Of a DNA stretch of 64,000 nt, positions 37,495-46,453 are shown in pieces (position 1 is the stretch's first letter; the number at the start of each line of letters is the position of its first letter). Below the pieces are notes generated by a model. The model was not told the DNA's origin. It did no database searches and was given only the letters and a program-made list of their open reading frames with translations. This DNA comes from Patescibacteria group bacterium (GTDB lineage: Bacteria; Patescibacteriota; Minisyncoccia; Minisyncoccales; GWA2-38-27). The stretch spans positions 34,087-98,086 of the forward strand of contig JAHCRG010000003.1 in assembly GCA_020148045.1 (NCBI GenBank), given 5' to 3'. The position numbers and the translations under genes are program-made.

Positions 37495-38736
37495 ATGGAG
37501 CTTAGTAAAATCGACCCAAAAATTGCAGAGCTTATTGAAAAAGAAAAAGAAAGGCAGAAAACTACGCTGGAGATGATTCCTTCTGAAAATCATACCTCTC
37601 CAGCGGTACGAGAGGCTTTGGGTTCTGTTTTAACTGATAAATACGCTGAAGGATATCCTAAAAAAAGATATTATGCTGGCTTGGAATTCTATGATAAGAT
37701 TGAAGCCCTTTGCCAGGAAAGAGCAAAGAAGATATTTAAAGTAGCTCATGTTAATGTTCAACCCTATTCTGGCTCACCAGCAAATCAAGCAGTTTATTTC
37801 GCTCTTTTAGAGCCAAGAGATACTGTAATGGGAATGTCTCTTCCTCATGGAGGCCATTTAACCCATGGCTGGAAAGTAAGTTTTTCCGGAAAGTATTTTA
37901 AATCTGTTCAGTATGGAGTTGATAAAAAAACAAATTTGCTTAATTATCAAGAAATAGGAAAGTTAGCTAAAAAAGCAAAGCCAAAACTTATTTGGGTTGG
38001 AGCTACTGCTTATCCTCGGATTTTTGACTGGAAAAAATTAGGCATGATTGCTGATTCAGTCAGGGCTTATCTTGTAGCTGATATCGCTCATATCGCAGGA
38101 TTAATTGTTGCTGGAGTTCATCCCAGTCCTGTTCCTTATGTTCATATTGTTACAACTACTACTCATAAAACTTTAAGAGGTCCTAGGGGTGGAATGATAA
38201 TGGTTACTAGAAAAGGATTAAAAAAAAATCCAGAGCTTACTCAAAAGATTGATAAGTCAGTTTTTCCTGGTCTTCAAGGTGGTCCTCATGAAAATAATAT
38301 AGCTGCTATTGCTGTTTGCTTAAAAGAAGCATCAAAACCAGGTTTTAAAAGATATGGAAAGCAGATTGTGAAAAATTGTAAGATATTAGCTTCAGAACTT
38401 TTAAAATATGGCTTTGATTTAGTCACTGCTGGCACTGATAATCATTTAATTTTAATTGATTTGAGGAATAAGAAAATTTCAGGAAAAGAAGCTCAAAACC
38501 GGCTGGAAAAAGCTGGCATTACTGTTAATAAAAATACTATTCCTTTTGATCCCAATCCTCCATTTAATCCTTCTGGAATTCGCTTAGGCACACCAGCTAT
38601 AACAACCAGGGGAATGAAAGAAAAAGAAATGAGAAAAATTACTTTTTGGATTAATGAAGTTATTTCTGATGCTAAAAATTGTTTAAGAGTTAGGAAAGAA
38701 GTTAAAAAACTTTGTAGAAAATTTCTTTTGCCATGA
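37495..38736 (+). CDS. glyA: serine hydroxymethyltransferase
   Basis: LEMIPSENHTSPAV…TTTTHKTLRGPRGG PLP-lysine region. Confidence 0.9.
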   Translation: MELSKIDPKIAELIEKEKERQKTTLEMIPSENHTSPAVREALGSVLTDKYAEGYPKKRYYAGLEFYDKIEALCQERAKKIFKVAHVNVQPYSGSPANQAVYFALLEPRDTVMGMSLPHGGHLTHGWKVSFSGKYFKSVQYGVDKKTNLLNYQEIGKLAKKAKPKLIWVGATAYPRIFDWKKLGMIADSVRAYLVADIAHIAGLIVAGVHPSPVPYVHIVTTTTHKTLRGPRGGMIMVTRKGLKKNPELTQKIDKSVFPGLQGGPHENNIAAIAVCLKEASKPGFKRYGKQIVKNCKILASELLKYGFDLVTAGTDNHLILIDLRNKKISGKEAQNRLEKAGITVNKNTIPFDPNPPFNPSGIRLGTPAITTRGMKEKEMRKITFWINEVISDAKNCLRVRKEVKKLCRKFLLP

Positions 38737-39497
38737 AGATTCTAGATGGGAAAAAAATATCTAAGAAGATTTTGAAGAACCTTAAAAGAGAAATAGAAAA
38801 AAAGGGACTGAAATTGAAATTAGCTGTAATTTTTGTTGGAAAGGACCCAGCTTCAAAGATCTTTATTAGAGAAAAAAAGAAAGCTTGTGAGTTTGTTAGG
38901 ATTGATTTTGAATTATTTAGATTTCCAGCAAGGATTAGTAACTCAGTACTGAAAAAAGAAATTAAGAAAATTGTCAAAAACCCTACTATCTCTGGAGTTG
39001 TAATTCAATTGCCTTTGCCAGAGAAATTTAATGTTCAAGAATTCTTAAGCCTTGTTCCTTCAGAAAAAAATATTGAAGCTGTTTCGCCGGTTGTTTGCGC
39101 TATAGATTATATTTTGAGGAGGTATAAAATTTCTTTGAAAAGAAAAACCATAGTTTTAGTAGGACACGGAAGATTGGTTGGGAGACCCTTGGCTAAATGG
39201 TTTAAAAATAAAAAAATCAAGTTCTACAATATTAATAAAATCAAAAAAGCAGATATTATAATTTCCGGAGTGGGCAGACCGGGTTTTATTACCGGAGATA
39301 TGGTTAAAAAAGGAGCAGTAATAATTGATGTTGGTTTTTCTCACAATAAAAAGAGGAAAGCAGCCGGCGATGTAGATTTCAAAAGCGTCTCTAAAAAAGC
39401 AAGCTATATTACTCCAGTTCCCGGAGGCGTTGGTCCTATGACCATTGCTTGCTTGCTTAAAAACTTAGTATGGACTTATACTTATTCCAACAAATAA
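38733..39497 (+). CDS. folD: methylenetetrahydrofolate dehydrogenase/cyclohydrolase
   Basis: ILDGKKISKKI…LAVIFVGKDPASKIF…VVIQLPLP…VPGGVGPMT. Confidence 0.75.
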   Translation: MKILDGKKISKKILKNLKREIEKKGLKLKLAVIFVGKDPASKIFIREKKKACEFVRIDFELFRFPARISNSVLKKEIKKIVKNPTISGVVIQLPLPEKFNVQEFLSLVPSEKNIEAVSPVVCAIDYILRRYKISLKRKTIVLVGHGRLVGRPLAKWFKNKKIKFYNINKIKKADIIISGVGRPGFITGDMVKKGAVIIDVGFSHNKKRKAAGDVDFKSVSKKASYITPVPGGVGPMTIACLLKNLVWTYTYSNK

Positions 39498-39961
39498 ATC
39501 AATTCGCTGGTAGATGGCTTTGGCTTGATACTTTAGGTATTTATCTCGCTGAATATTTTGAATATGTTGTAGTTTTTTGTTTGCTTTTATTTTTATTGAA
39601 ACTTAAAAAGTACTGGAAGATGGTTTTTCAGGCAATTATTTCTGCTGTTTTGGCAAGGTTTATTGTTGTAGAGCTTATTCGCTGGCTTTGGTCACGGTCA
39701 AGGCCTTTTGTTGAAAACAATGTTAATTTGCTTTTGACTCATAACAAAGCTTCTTTTCCTTCTGGTCATGCAGCTTTCTTTTTCGCTCTTTCCTTTATTG
39801 TCTATCTTCATAATAAAAAAATAGGAATTCTATTTTTTATAGCCAGTTTTCTGATTTGTTTAGCTAGAATTTTTACCGGCATCCACTGGCCAACTGATAT
39901 TCTCGCTGGCGCTTTCATTGGCATTCTCTCTGGCTGGTTGCTATATAAGATTTTCAAATAA
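39470..39961 (+). CDS. PAP2 family phosphatase
   Basis: KASFPSGHAAFFFAL…TGIHWPTD PAP2 motifs. Confidence 0.7.
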   Translation: MDLYLFQQINQFAGRWLWLDTLGIYLAEYFEYVVVFCLLLFLLKLKKYWKMVFQAIISAVLARFIVVELIRWLWSRSRPFVENNVNLLLTHNKASFPSGHAAFFFALSFIVYLHNKKIGILFFIASFLICLARIFTGIHWPTDILAGAFIGILSGWLLYKIFK

Positions 39962-39982
39962 AGCAATTATCTCAATAATAAA

Positions 39983-40012
39983 AAAATGCCTCGCGAACGA
40001 GGCATTTATTTT
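39983..40012. terminator. bidirectional terminator AATGCCTCGCGAACGAGGCATTTATTTTT
   Basis: 9-bp perfect stem, with an A-run upstream and a T-run downstream. Confidence 0.6.
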
Positions 40013-40051
40013 TGGCTGAGATGCTTTATTCAACTTTTTTCCGTGTAATTA

Positions 40052-40579
40052 TTATGGGCTTTTTTTCATTGGAGGAGTGGTAAGTTTTTTTAAAAACCAA
40101 GGTTCAGTATATATCGCTATTAACCCTACTGGCACAGCAATTCCACTAAAGTCATGGATTATTTTCCCCCAATGCTCGTTACCGAGAGTTAAAGCGAGCA
40201 TAATGATTATTATTCGTATTGTATTACAAAGCAGAGCAATGGGCAGGCTTGAGGCCAGGACAATTAGTTTTTCCCAGCACGAAGATTTAACCAACAATGT
40301 CACTAAGCTACTGAACATCAAAAAGGCAATTATTATTTTCAATCCATTGCAGCCTTTGGTTATTTTAACTCTCATATCACCGATACGGATAATATTATCT
40401 TCTTGGATAATTTCATAGCCTATTATCTCCAAGCCGAATACGGTTGATAAAACAGTCCAGCGCACTAAAGGTTTTGCTACGGCATCCTCAAGTGTGGACC
40501 AATAAGACTGAAGAAAGGCAATTAAAACTAAGCTGGCCAGAAACCACACAATAATTTTAGATATTTTAGAGTTTGTCAT
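40052..40579 (-). CDS. small exosortase/archaeosortase-family protein (175 aa)
   Basis: Polytopic, with a conserved Cys (ITKGCNGLKII) and an N-x-x-R motif (LLCNTIRIII) ~35 aa downstream, as in exosortases. The start is trimmed to M at 40579 because the longer ORF runs into the tRNA. Confidence 0.45.
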   Translation of the reverse strand: MTNSKISKIIVWFLASLVLIAFLQSYWSTLEDAVAKPLVRWTVLSTVFGLEIIGYEIIQEDNIIRIGDMRVKITKGCNGLKIIIAFLMFSSLVTLLVKSSCWEKLIVLASSLPIALLCNTIRIIIIMLALTLGNEHWGKIIHDFSGIAVPVGLIAIYTEPWFLKKLTTPPMKKSP

Positions 40580-40626
40580 TTTATTCCTCGCTTTCAAGTA
40601 TAAAGTTTTTAACGTTCTATTTTTTG

Positions 40627-40710
40627 TGCCTGGGGTGGGACTCGAACCCACATGAGATTGCTCTCACATCGTTTTGAGCGATGCGCGTAAACCAATTCCG
40701 CCACCCAGGC
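40627..40710 (-). tRNA. tRNA-Leu (anticodon CAA), type II with long variable arm
   Basis: GCCTGGG acceptor pairs with CCCAGGC. D-loop GGAATTGGTTTA. Anticodon stem CATCG/CGATG with loop CTCAAAA. Variable arm TGAGAgcaaTCTCA. T-arm GTGGG-TTCGAGT-CCCAC. Discriminator A. Confidence 0.85.
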
Positions 40711-40723
40711 TTTTTTAACTTTC

Positions 40724-42757
40724 TTATTCTACCACTTTTTTCTCAAATTGGCAATCTTTATTGGAGCACTTGATTTGCTTCTTTTTTGTTTCAATTAATA
40801 GTGTATTACATTCTGGGCATTTTTCATTTATAGGCTTGTCCCACAAAGCAAAATCGCATTTTGGAAATTGATTGCAGCCATAAAATACTTTCCTAGTTTT
40901 AGTCCTTTTCTCAGTAATTTCTCCTTTGCCGCATTTAGGACATTTTATCCCCAAGGTTTTTTCTTCTAAGGATTCAGTATATTTACATTTTGGGAAATTG
41001 GGACAAGCATAAAATCTTCCGAATTTCCCTAAGCGGATTACCAAAAGAGCTCCACATTTCGGACATTTCTTTTTAGTCGGCTTTTCAGTAATATCTTTCT
41101 TATCAACTTCTTGATATTTTTTCCGGAGATTTTTCTCAAAAGGGCCATAAAAATCTTGGCAAACTTCAACCCATTTTTCTTTTCCTTGGGCAATTTCGTC
41201 TAAATCCTCTTCCATCTCCGCGGTAAATTTAATATTTACAATTTTGGGAAAGTGTTTTACTAAAAGGTCATTAACCACTATTCCAATTTCGGTTGGACAG
41301 AATTTCTTTTGTTCATCTTTTTCAATATAATTTCTGTTTTGAATTGTTGATAAAATTGGGGCATAGGTTGAAGGGCGACCAATTCCATTTTGCTCCAAAG
41401 CTTTGATTAAAGTAGCTTCACTATATCTTTGGGGAGGTTGGGTAAAATGTTGAGAGGGGATAAGTTTGATTAAATCTAATATTTCTTTTTCTTTTAAGTC
41501 AGGTAATTCATTTTCTTCAAACTTAAGGGGATAAACTTTTAAGAATCCATCAAATTTCATAATCTGCCCACTAGCTCGAAAAGTATATTTGTTTCTTGCT
41601 TCGATTTCGACGACAGTCGAATCGAATCTCGCCTGAGCCATTTGTGATGAAATGAATCTCCGCCAAATAAGATCATAGAGTTTTTGCTGGTTTTTCTCTA
41701 ATTTTATCTGTTCTGGTGTTTTTTGGGCAAAGGTAGGACGGATTGCTTCATGAGCTTCTTGGACCCTGCCTTTTGCTTTATATTTTCTTAGAAATCCTGC
41801 CCAATATTCTTTGCCAAAATTTTTTTCAATAAATTTTTTAGCTGCAAAGAGAGAAAGATTAGAAAGATTTAAAGAATCGGTTCGGTGATAAGTAATATGT
41901 CCCTTTTCATAAAGTTGCTGTGCAAGACCCATTGTAAATCTTGCTGGAAACTTAAATCTTTTCCAGGCCTCTTGTTGGAGAGTGCTGGTAGTAAATGGCG
42001 GTAGGGGATTCTTTTTTACTTCTTTTTTCTCAATTTTTCCAACCTTATATTCAGCTCCATCCAAATCTTTAACAATCTTATCTGTTTCTTTTTTTGTTTT
42101 AATACCAAGTTTGGGAATTGCCTTATCATCTTTTTTGACAAGCAGGGCGCTAAATTTGTTTTCTTGTTTCTGCTTTTTAAGCAAAGCTTCGATTGTCCAA
42201 TACTCTTGAGGAACAAAATTTTCAATTTCTTTTTCTCTTCCCACCACTAATCTTACCGTGACTGATTGGACTCTTCCAGCAGATAACCTCCGGGCCACTT
42301 TTTTCCATAAAAAAGGCGAGAGTTTATAACCAACAATTCTGTCTAGGATTCTTCGTGCCTGTTGAGCGTCAACTAAATCCTTGTTAATTCCTCTGGGATT
42401 TTTCAGGGCTTGGTCAATTGCTGATTTAGTAATTTCATGAAAAACAATTCTTTCTGGTTTTTTTAAATCAAGAGCTTGGGAAAGATGCCAGGCAATAGCT
42501 TCTCCTTCTCTGTCTTCATCAGTAGCCAAAATAGTTATTTTGGCTTTTTGAACTTCGCTTTTTAGAGTCCGAATAACTTTTTCTGATTTTAGAGGAATAA
42601 TATATTTTGGTTTAAAATCTTTTCCAATATCCACACCAAGCTCATCTTCCGGCAAATCTCGGATGTGCCCAAAAGAAGACCTAACTGTATAGTTGGGCCC
42701 TAAAAAGCCTTGAAGGGTTTTTGATTTAGTTGGGCTTTCGACAATAACGAGGTTCAT
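40724..42757 (-). CDS. topA: DNA topoisomerase I with C-terminal zinc ribbons
   Basis: Toprim N-terminus MNLVIVESPTKSKT…; active-site region …YITYHRTDS…; four C-terminal C4 zinc fingers. Confidence 0.9.
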   Translation of the reverse strand: MNLVIVESPTKSKTLQGFLGPNYTVRSSFGHIRDLPEDELGVDIGKDFKPKYIIPLKSEKVIRTLKSEVQKAKITILATDEDREGEAIAWHLSQALDLKKPERIVFHEITKSAIDQALKNPRGINKDLVDAQQARRILDRIVGYKLSPFLWKKVARRLSAGRVQSVTVRLVVGREKEIENFVPQEYWTIEALLKKQKQENKFSALLVKKDDKAIPKLGIKTKKETDKIVKDLDGAEYKVGKIEKKEVKKNPLPPFTTSTLQQEAWKRFKFPARFTMGLAQQLYEKGHITYHRTDSLNLSNLSLFAAKKFIEKNFGKEYWAGFLRKYKAKGRVQEAHEAIRPTFAQKTPEQIKLEKNQQKLYDLIWRRFISSQMAQARFDSTVVEIEARNKYTFRASGQIMKFDGFLKVYPLKFEENELPDLKEKEILDLIKLIPSQHFTQPPQRYSEATLIKALEQNGIGRPSTYAPILSTIQNRNYIEKDEQKKFCPTEIGIVVNDLLVKHFPKIVNIKFTAEMEEDLDEIAQGKEKWVEVCQDFYGPFEKNLRKKYQEVDKKDITEKPTKKKCPKCGALLVIRLGKFGRFYACPNFPKCKYTESLEEKTLGIKCPKCGKGEITEKRTKTRKVFYGCNQFPKCDFALWDKPINEKCPECNTLLIETKKKQIKCSNKDCQFEKKVVE

Positions 42758-42775
42758 AAAATTTCCAATTTTCGA

Positions 42776-43642
42776 TTAACGCCGTAAGGCATAAATATTT
42801 CTTCCTAAGTTTCTCACTTTTCCTTTTATTTCTAAAACACTAAGAGTACTGGCTACAATGGTTGCCTTTAATTTTGTTTTTTCAATGATTTTATCAATAT
42901 ACAAGGATTCTTCTTTTAGAGTATTTAAAATCAGATTTTCTTCAAGAGTTTGGTTGTCATACCCGTCCACCTCGCCTCGCGAAGCGAGGTGGGCGGGTAA
43001 ATTTAATTCTTGCAAGATGTCATCAGCTTTGTCAAGGAGCTTAGCTCCTTTTTTTATCAGGATGTGGGGGCCTCGAGAGTTTAAAGCATAAATTGGGCCT
43101 GGCACGGCAAATACCTTTCTTTTTTGAGAAAAAGCAAAATTAGCAGTAATTAAAGCCCCGCTTTTTTCTTTAGCTTCAATTACTAATGTTCCCAAAGAAA
43201 GACCTGAGATTATTCGATTTCTGTCAGGGAAAGTGAAGCGAGTACCTCTTGTTCCCGGAGGATATTCTGAAATTAAAAGGCCTCCTGAATCAACAATTTT
43301 TCTGGCTAATTTAATATTTTCTTTTGGATAGATGCTTTTTTCATCAAGACCGGTGCCAAGAACAGCAATTGTTCTTCTTCCTTGCTCAACTACTGCTGTG
43401 TGGGCAAAAGTATCAATTCCCGGAGCTAAACCACTAACAATAGTAAGTCCAGATTCAGCTAAGTTACCTGCAATTTCCAGGGCTACTTGCTTTCCATAAG
43501 AAGAGCATCTCCTTGTGCCGACCACGGCGAAACATAATTCATCTGGTTTAATTTCGCCTTTAAAATAGAGAATTTTCGGTGCTTTTTTGATTCTTTTAAG
43601 CTGTTCTGGATAATCCTTGTCTTCTATTGTTATTTTTTCCAT
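42776..43642 (-). CDS. dprA: DNA processing protein DprA (Smf)
   Basis: Rossmann-like core FAVVGTRRCSSYGKQVALEIAGNLAESGLTIVSGLAPGIDTFAH. Confidence 0.8.
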   Translation of the reverse strand: MEKITIEDKDYPEQLKRIKKAPKILYFKGEIKPDELCFAVVGTRRCSSYGKQVALEIAGNLAESGLTIVSGLAPGIDTFAHTAVVEQGRRTIAVLGTGLDEKSIYPKENIKLARKIVDSGGLLISEYPPGTRGTRFTFPDRNRIISGLSLGTLVIEAKEKSGALITANFAFSQKRKVFAVPGPIYALNSRGPHILIKKGAKLLDKADDILQELNLPAHLASRGEVDGYDNQTLEENLILNTLKEESLYIDKIIEKTKLKATIVASTLSVLEIKGKVRNLGRNIYALRR

Positions 43643-43832
43643 TCTTAAATCATAACATTAACCTCTAACGGGGTAAAATAAAAAAAACTTGAAATTCTTT
43701 TAATTCTTTGGTATTATATAAGAACCTGCTCGCTTTGCCCGCAGAACCTTGATTCGCTATTGTATGATTATTTAATCTTGAATTAAAATTACAAAGCACA
43801 TTGACAAATTATAAAGAAAGGAGAAGGCGGCA

Positions 43833-44429
43833 ATGAAAGACGCTAAAAAAAGAGTAAAAAGGTTTATTATAGGCGGGGCCAGTTTTTTAAAGAGGGAAAA
43901 AAGAGTTATTGATACAGAACAGATCAAGTCAACTCTTCCTCATACGGGAAGAATGCTTCTTTTGGACCGAGCTATATTCACTCGCAAGAAAATTATTGGT
44001 GAACTTTTAATGAGACCAGAAATCTGCGCGGGACATGAAATTGGCGGAAAGCCAATCACTAGAGGAATGGAGTTTGGAGACATGGCAGCTCAGCTTTTGG
44101 GAGTTTGGTTAGTCCAACAAACAGATGAGTATCCTAAACTTAATGGTAAATTAGCTCCTTTTAGAGAAGCTCATATCAAGTCTCTTGGTCCTGTTTTTCC
44201 TGGTGATTTTGTAACTTTAGAGATACCTGTAAGAGAAGCTGAAGAAAATGAGCCAGAAAAGAAGAATCCTAAAATTGTAGTCCTCGAAGATGAGGCTAGA
44301 CCGGAACGTTCAATCCGACGAGCAGTTGCAGTAGATGGTGAAGTTTGGGTGAGGGGCCAGAAGCAGAAAAAGGCAGTAATTTATTTTGTTGAATTGAATA
44401 TCGTTGGTGCCGAAAGCTTAGCTAAATGA
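43833..44429 (+). CDS. FabZ/FabA-like hotdog-fold dehydratase homolog (orphan)
   Basis: LPHTGRMLLLDRA (cf. FabZ LPHRYPFLLVDRV) and CAGHEIGGKPITRG (cf. GHFPGKPIMPG); GC-rich; promoter TTGAAA-17-TATTAT upstream. Confidence 0.5.
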   Translation: MKDAKKRVKRFIIGGASFLKREKRVIDTEQIKSTLPHTGRMLLLDRAIFTRKKIIGELLMRPEICAGHEIGGKPITRGMEFGDMAAQLLGVWLVQQTDEYPKLNGKLAPFREAHIKSLGPVFPGDFVTLEIPVREAEENEPEKKNPKIVVLEDEARPERSIRRAVAVDGEVWVRGQKQKKAVIYFVELNIVGAESLAK

Positions 44430-44433
44430 TTGG

Positions 44434-44946
44434 CTAAGCTTTTTTTATTGCTTCTTTGATAACTTGTTTTATTATTTTCTCTTCTTCTTTGTCAAATTTT
44501 TGAAGAACATATTTCTCTACATTTTTTGATTTTCCTATTTTGGGTGAAATTCCAATTCTGAATCTTGTAAAGTTTTTGGTGCCAATTTCTTTAGTTATTG
44601 ATTCCACGCCTTTGTGGCCAGCTGCGCCTCTATTTTTAGAAATTCTAATTTTTCCTAAAGGCAAATCAATATCGTCGTGAATTATAATTATTTCTTTAGT
44701 TTTGTAAAAGTTAATTAAAGCGCTCACTGCTTCGCCGGATTTATTCATAAAAGTTTGGGGTTTGACTAAAATTATTTTTTCATTATTTAAAATACTCTCT
44801 GAAACAAGAGAGTTGAATTTTTTAGATAATCTGAATTCAGGGAAATTATTTTCCTTGGCAAATTCATCAACAACTTGAAAACCAATATTATGCCGAGTAT
44901 ATATATATTTTTTCCCGGGATTCCCAAGACCTACAATAATTGTCAT
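44434..44946 (-). CDS. pth: peptidyl-tRNA hydrolase
   Basis: MTIIVGLGNPGKKYIYTRHNIGF…. Confidence 0.85.
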   Translation of the reverse strand: MTIIVGLGNPGKKYIYTRHNIGFQVVDEFAKENNFPEFRLSKKFNSLVSESILNNEKIILVKPQTFMNKSGEAVSALINFYKTKEIIIIHDDIDLPLGKIRISKNRGAAGHKGVESITKEIGTKNFTRFRIGISPKIGKSKNVEKYVLQKFDKEEEKIIKQVIKEAIKKA

Positions 44947-45177
44947 GTTGTATTATTATACCAAATAATTATTCTTGTGGAAAAATTACTATTGACAGGA
45001 TTTTTTAACGGGATTATACTAAAAAAACAGTTCTTTATTGTTCCTTTGAAAAAGCAATCTGGCTCTTGGAGTAGAATGATGTACAAAACCAGTTTTTATG
45101 TTTTGTCAACAGGGTATAAGAAAGGAGGTTAATTAGTTTTTTAGCTTGTCAGGGCTAAACAAAAATGTTATGAATCT

Positions 45178-45417
45178 TTCGATGAACAAACATGTTAAGA
45201 AAGGTTGGGTAGAAATTATGTACGAGAAAACTTTGTTCTACGGTTCGGCAAAAAAGAAGAAAGACCTGGCAGTTGTAGCTAAGGGGCTAAGACGAAGGTG
45301 CCTCGAGCAGGCCATCATCCTGTTGTAACGACAATTTCCCATAGAACAGGCAGCGTGGCCAAGCAAAGACAATATGTCTATTGCTTTGTGAGCCGAGATA
45401 ATACCTCGGCTCTTTTT
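45178..45417 (+). ncRNA. candidate small RNA or leader-encoded small ORF (GC-rich, multi-hairpin, ends in intrinsic terminator)
   Basis: TTGTCA-17-TATGAA promoter at ~45141-45170. Hairpins GGCC…CCTGTT…AACAGG…GGCC. Terminator GAGCCGAGataataCCTCGGCTC+T5 at 45391-45417. Alternative reading: a 36-aa ORF at 45218..45328. Confidence 0.3.
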
Positions 45418-45502
45418 ATTTGACAAGGATTAATAATTTTGTTAGAAGGGAGGATATCGTTCTTTAAGAGTATTATTAATCAAAAATGAAAGGAGACCTG
45501 AA

Positions 45503-45847
45503 ATGGGAGCAATGATTCCATGGCTGATCTTTGGTTTTGGTATAATAGTTTTAGTAGGTATATGGGCGCATATACGCATTACTAAACTTGAGGAGAAAAT
45601 TAAACGGGTTGATAAGAGACTCACAAAATTTTTATCTGTAGATGGGCAAATTATTCAGAGAATTTTCCCTCGTGTTTTTCGTATAATTGAAGAGAATTCA
45701 GATATTTTGGACACCGAAACCAAAGAATTTATACAGGAGATTATGCAGGGCATCAAAGAAGAGATAGAGGGAATATTTGGATCGATTTTTAAAGAAAAAA
45801 AAGAAGAGACAGAGGCAGTGAACTTAGGAGAGGATAAAAGGGGCTAG
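45503..45847 (+). CDS. hypothetical membrane-anchored protein (114 aa)
   Basis: RBS AAAGGAGACCTGAAATG; one N-terminal TM, acidic tail. Confidence 0.35.
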   Translation: MGAMIPWLIFGFGIIVLVGIWAHIRITKLEEKIKRVDKRLTKFLSVDGQIIQRIFPRVFRIIEENSDILDTETKEFIQEIMQGIKEEIEGIFGSIFKEKKEETEAVNLGEDKRG

Positions 45848-45904
45848 AAATAGCCCTTATTTTTTATTGCATAAATAAATAATATTTGCTATAATAGAAA
45901 AATC

Positions 45905-46450
45905 ATGAGAAAGTTTTTCATATTCATCTGGGAGATTGCAAAAATAGTTGTCATTGCTGCTGTAATAGTAGTTCCGATTAGATATTTTTTATTTCAACCG
46001 TTTTTTGTGAGGGGTCAGTCAATGAACCCGAGTTTTGAAAATGGCGATTATTTGATTATAGATGAGATTAGCTATCGCTTTAAGACTCCTCAGAGAGGAG
46101 AGGTAGTAGTTTTTAAATCTCCCCAAAATCCTTCCCAACGTTTTATCAAAAGAGTTATTGGTCTTCCAGGAGAAACCGTGGAGATTAAAGATGGTGAGAC
46201 AATAATTTATAAGGATGGCTTCTCCCAAGTTTTAGACGAATCAGAATATCTCTTTTCTGATTTATCGACATCAGGAAATACCAAGGTTATTTTGGCTGAA
46301 AATGAATATTTTGTTTTGGGCGATAATCGTTCTTATTCTTTTGATTCAAGAAGATTCGGGGCCTTGCCTGAAGAAAATATTATTGGCCGGGTAATTTTCA
46401 GAGCTTGGCCATTTGTTGCTGCGGCCAAGTTTGAGGCCCCTTCGTATTGA
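45905..46450 (+). CDS. lepB: signal peptidase I
   Basis: GQSMNPSF (Ser nucleophile box), RVIGLPGETV (Lys box region), GDNRSYSFDSR. Confidence 0.8.
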   Translation: MRKFFIFIWEIAKIVVIAAVIVVPIRYFLFQPFFVRGQSMNPSFENGDYLIIDEISYRFKTPQRGEVVVFKSPQNPSQRFIKRVIGLPGETVEIKDGETIIYKDGFSQVLDESEYLFSDLSTSGNTKVILAENEYFVLGDNRSYSFDSRRFGALPEENIIGRVIFRAWPFVAAAKFEAPSY

Positions 46451-46453
46451 TTT

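Noticed and set aside
40580-40651. Upstream extension of the exosortase-like ORF
   Set aside because: The extension is translated across the tRNA-Leu gene; an internal ATG at 40579 with an RBS is preferred.
45141-45417. RNase P RNA or SRP RNA
   Set aside because: Too short for RNase P and lacks the P4 AGGAAAGUCCGG/ACAGAA(A/C)CCGGCUUA motifs. No SRP helix-8 GGAA tetraloop or AGCAGCC motif was seen.
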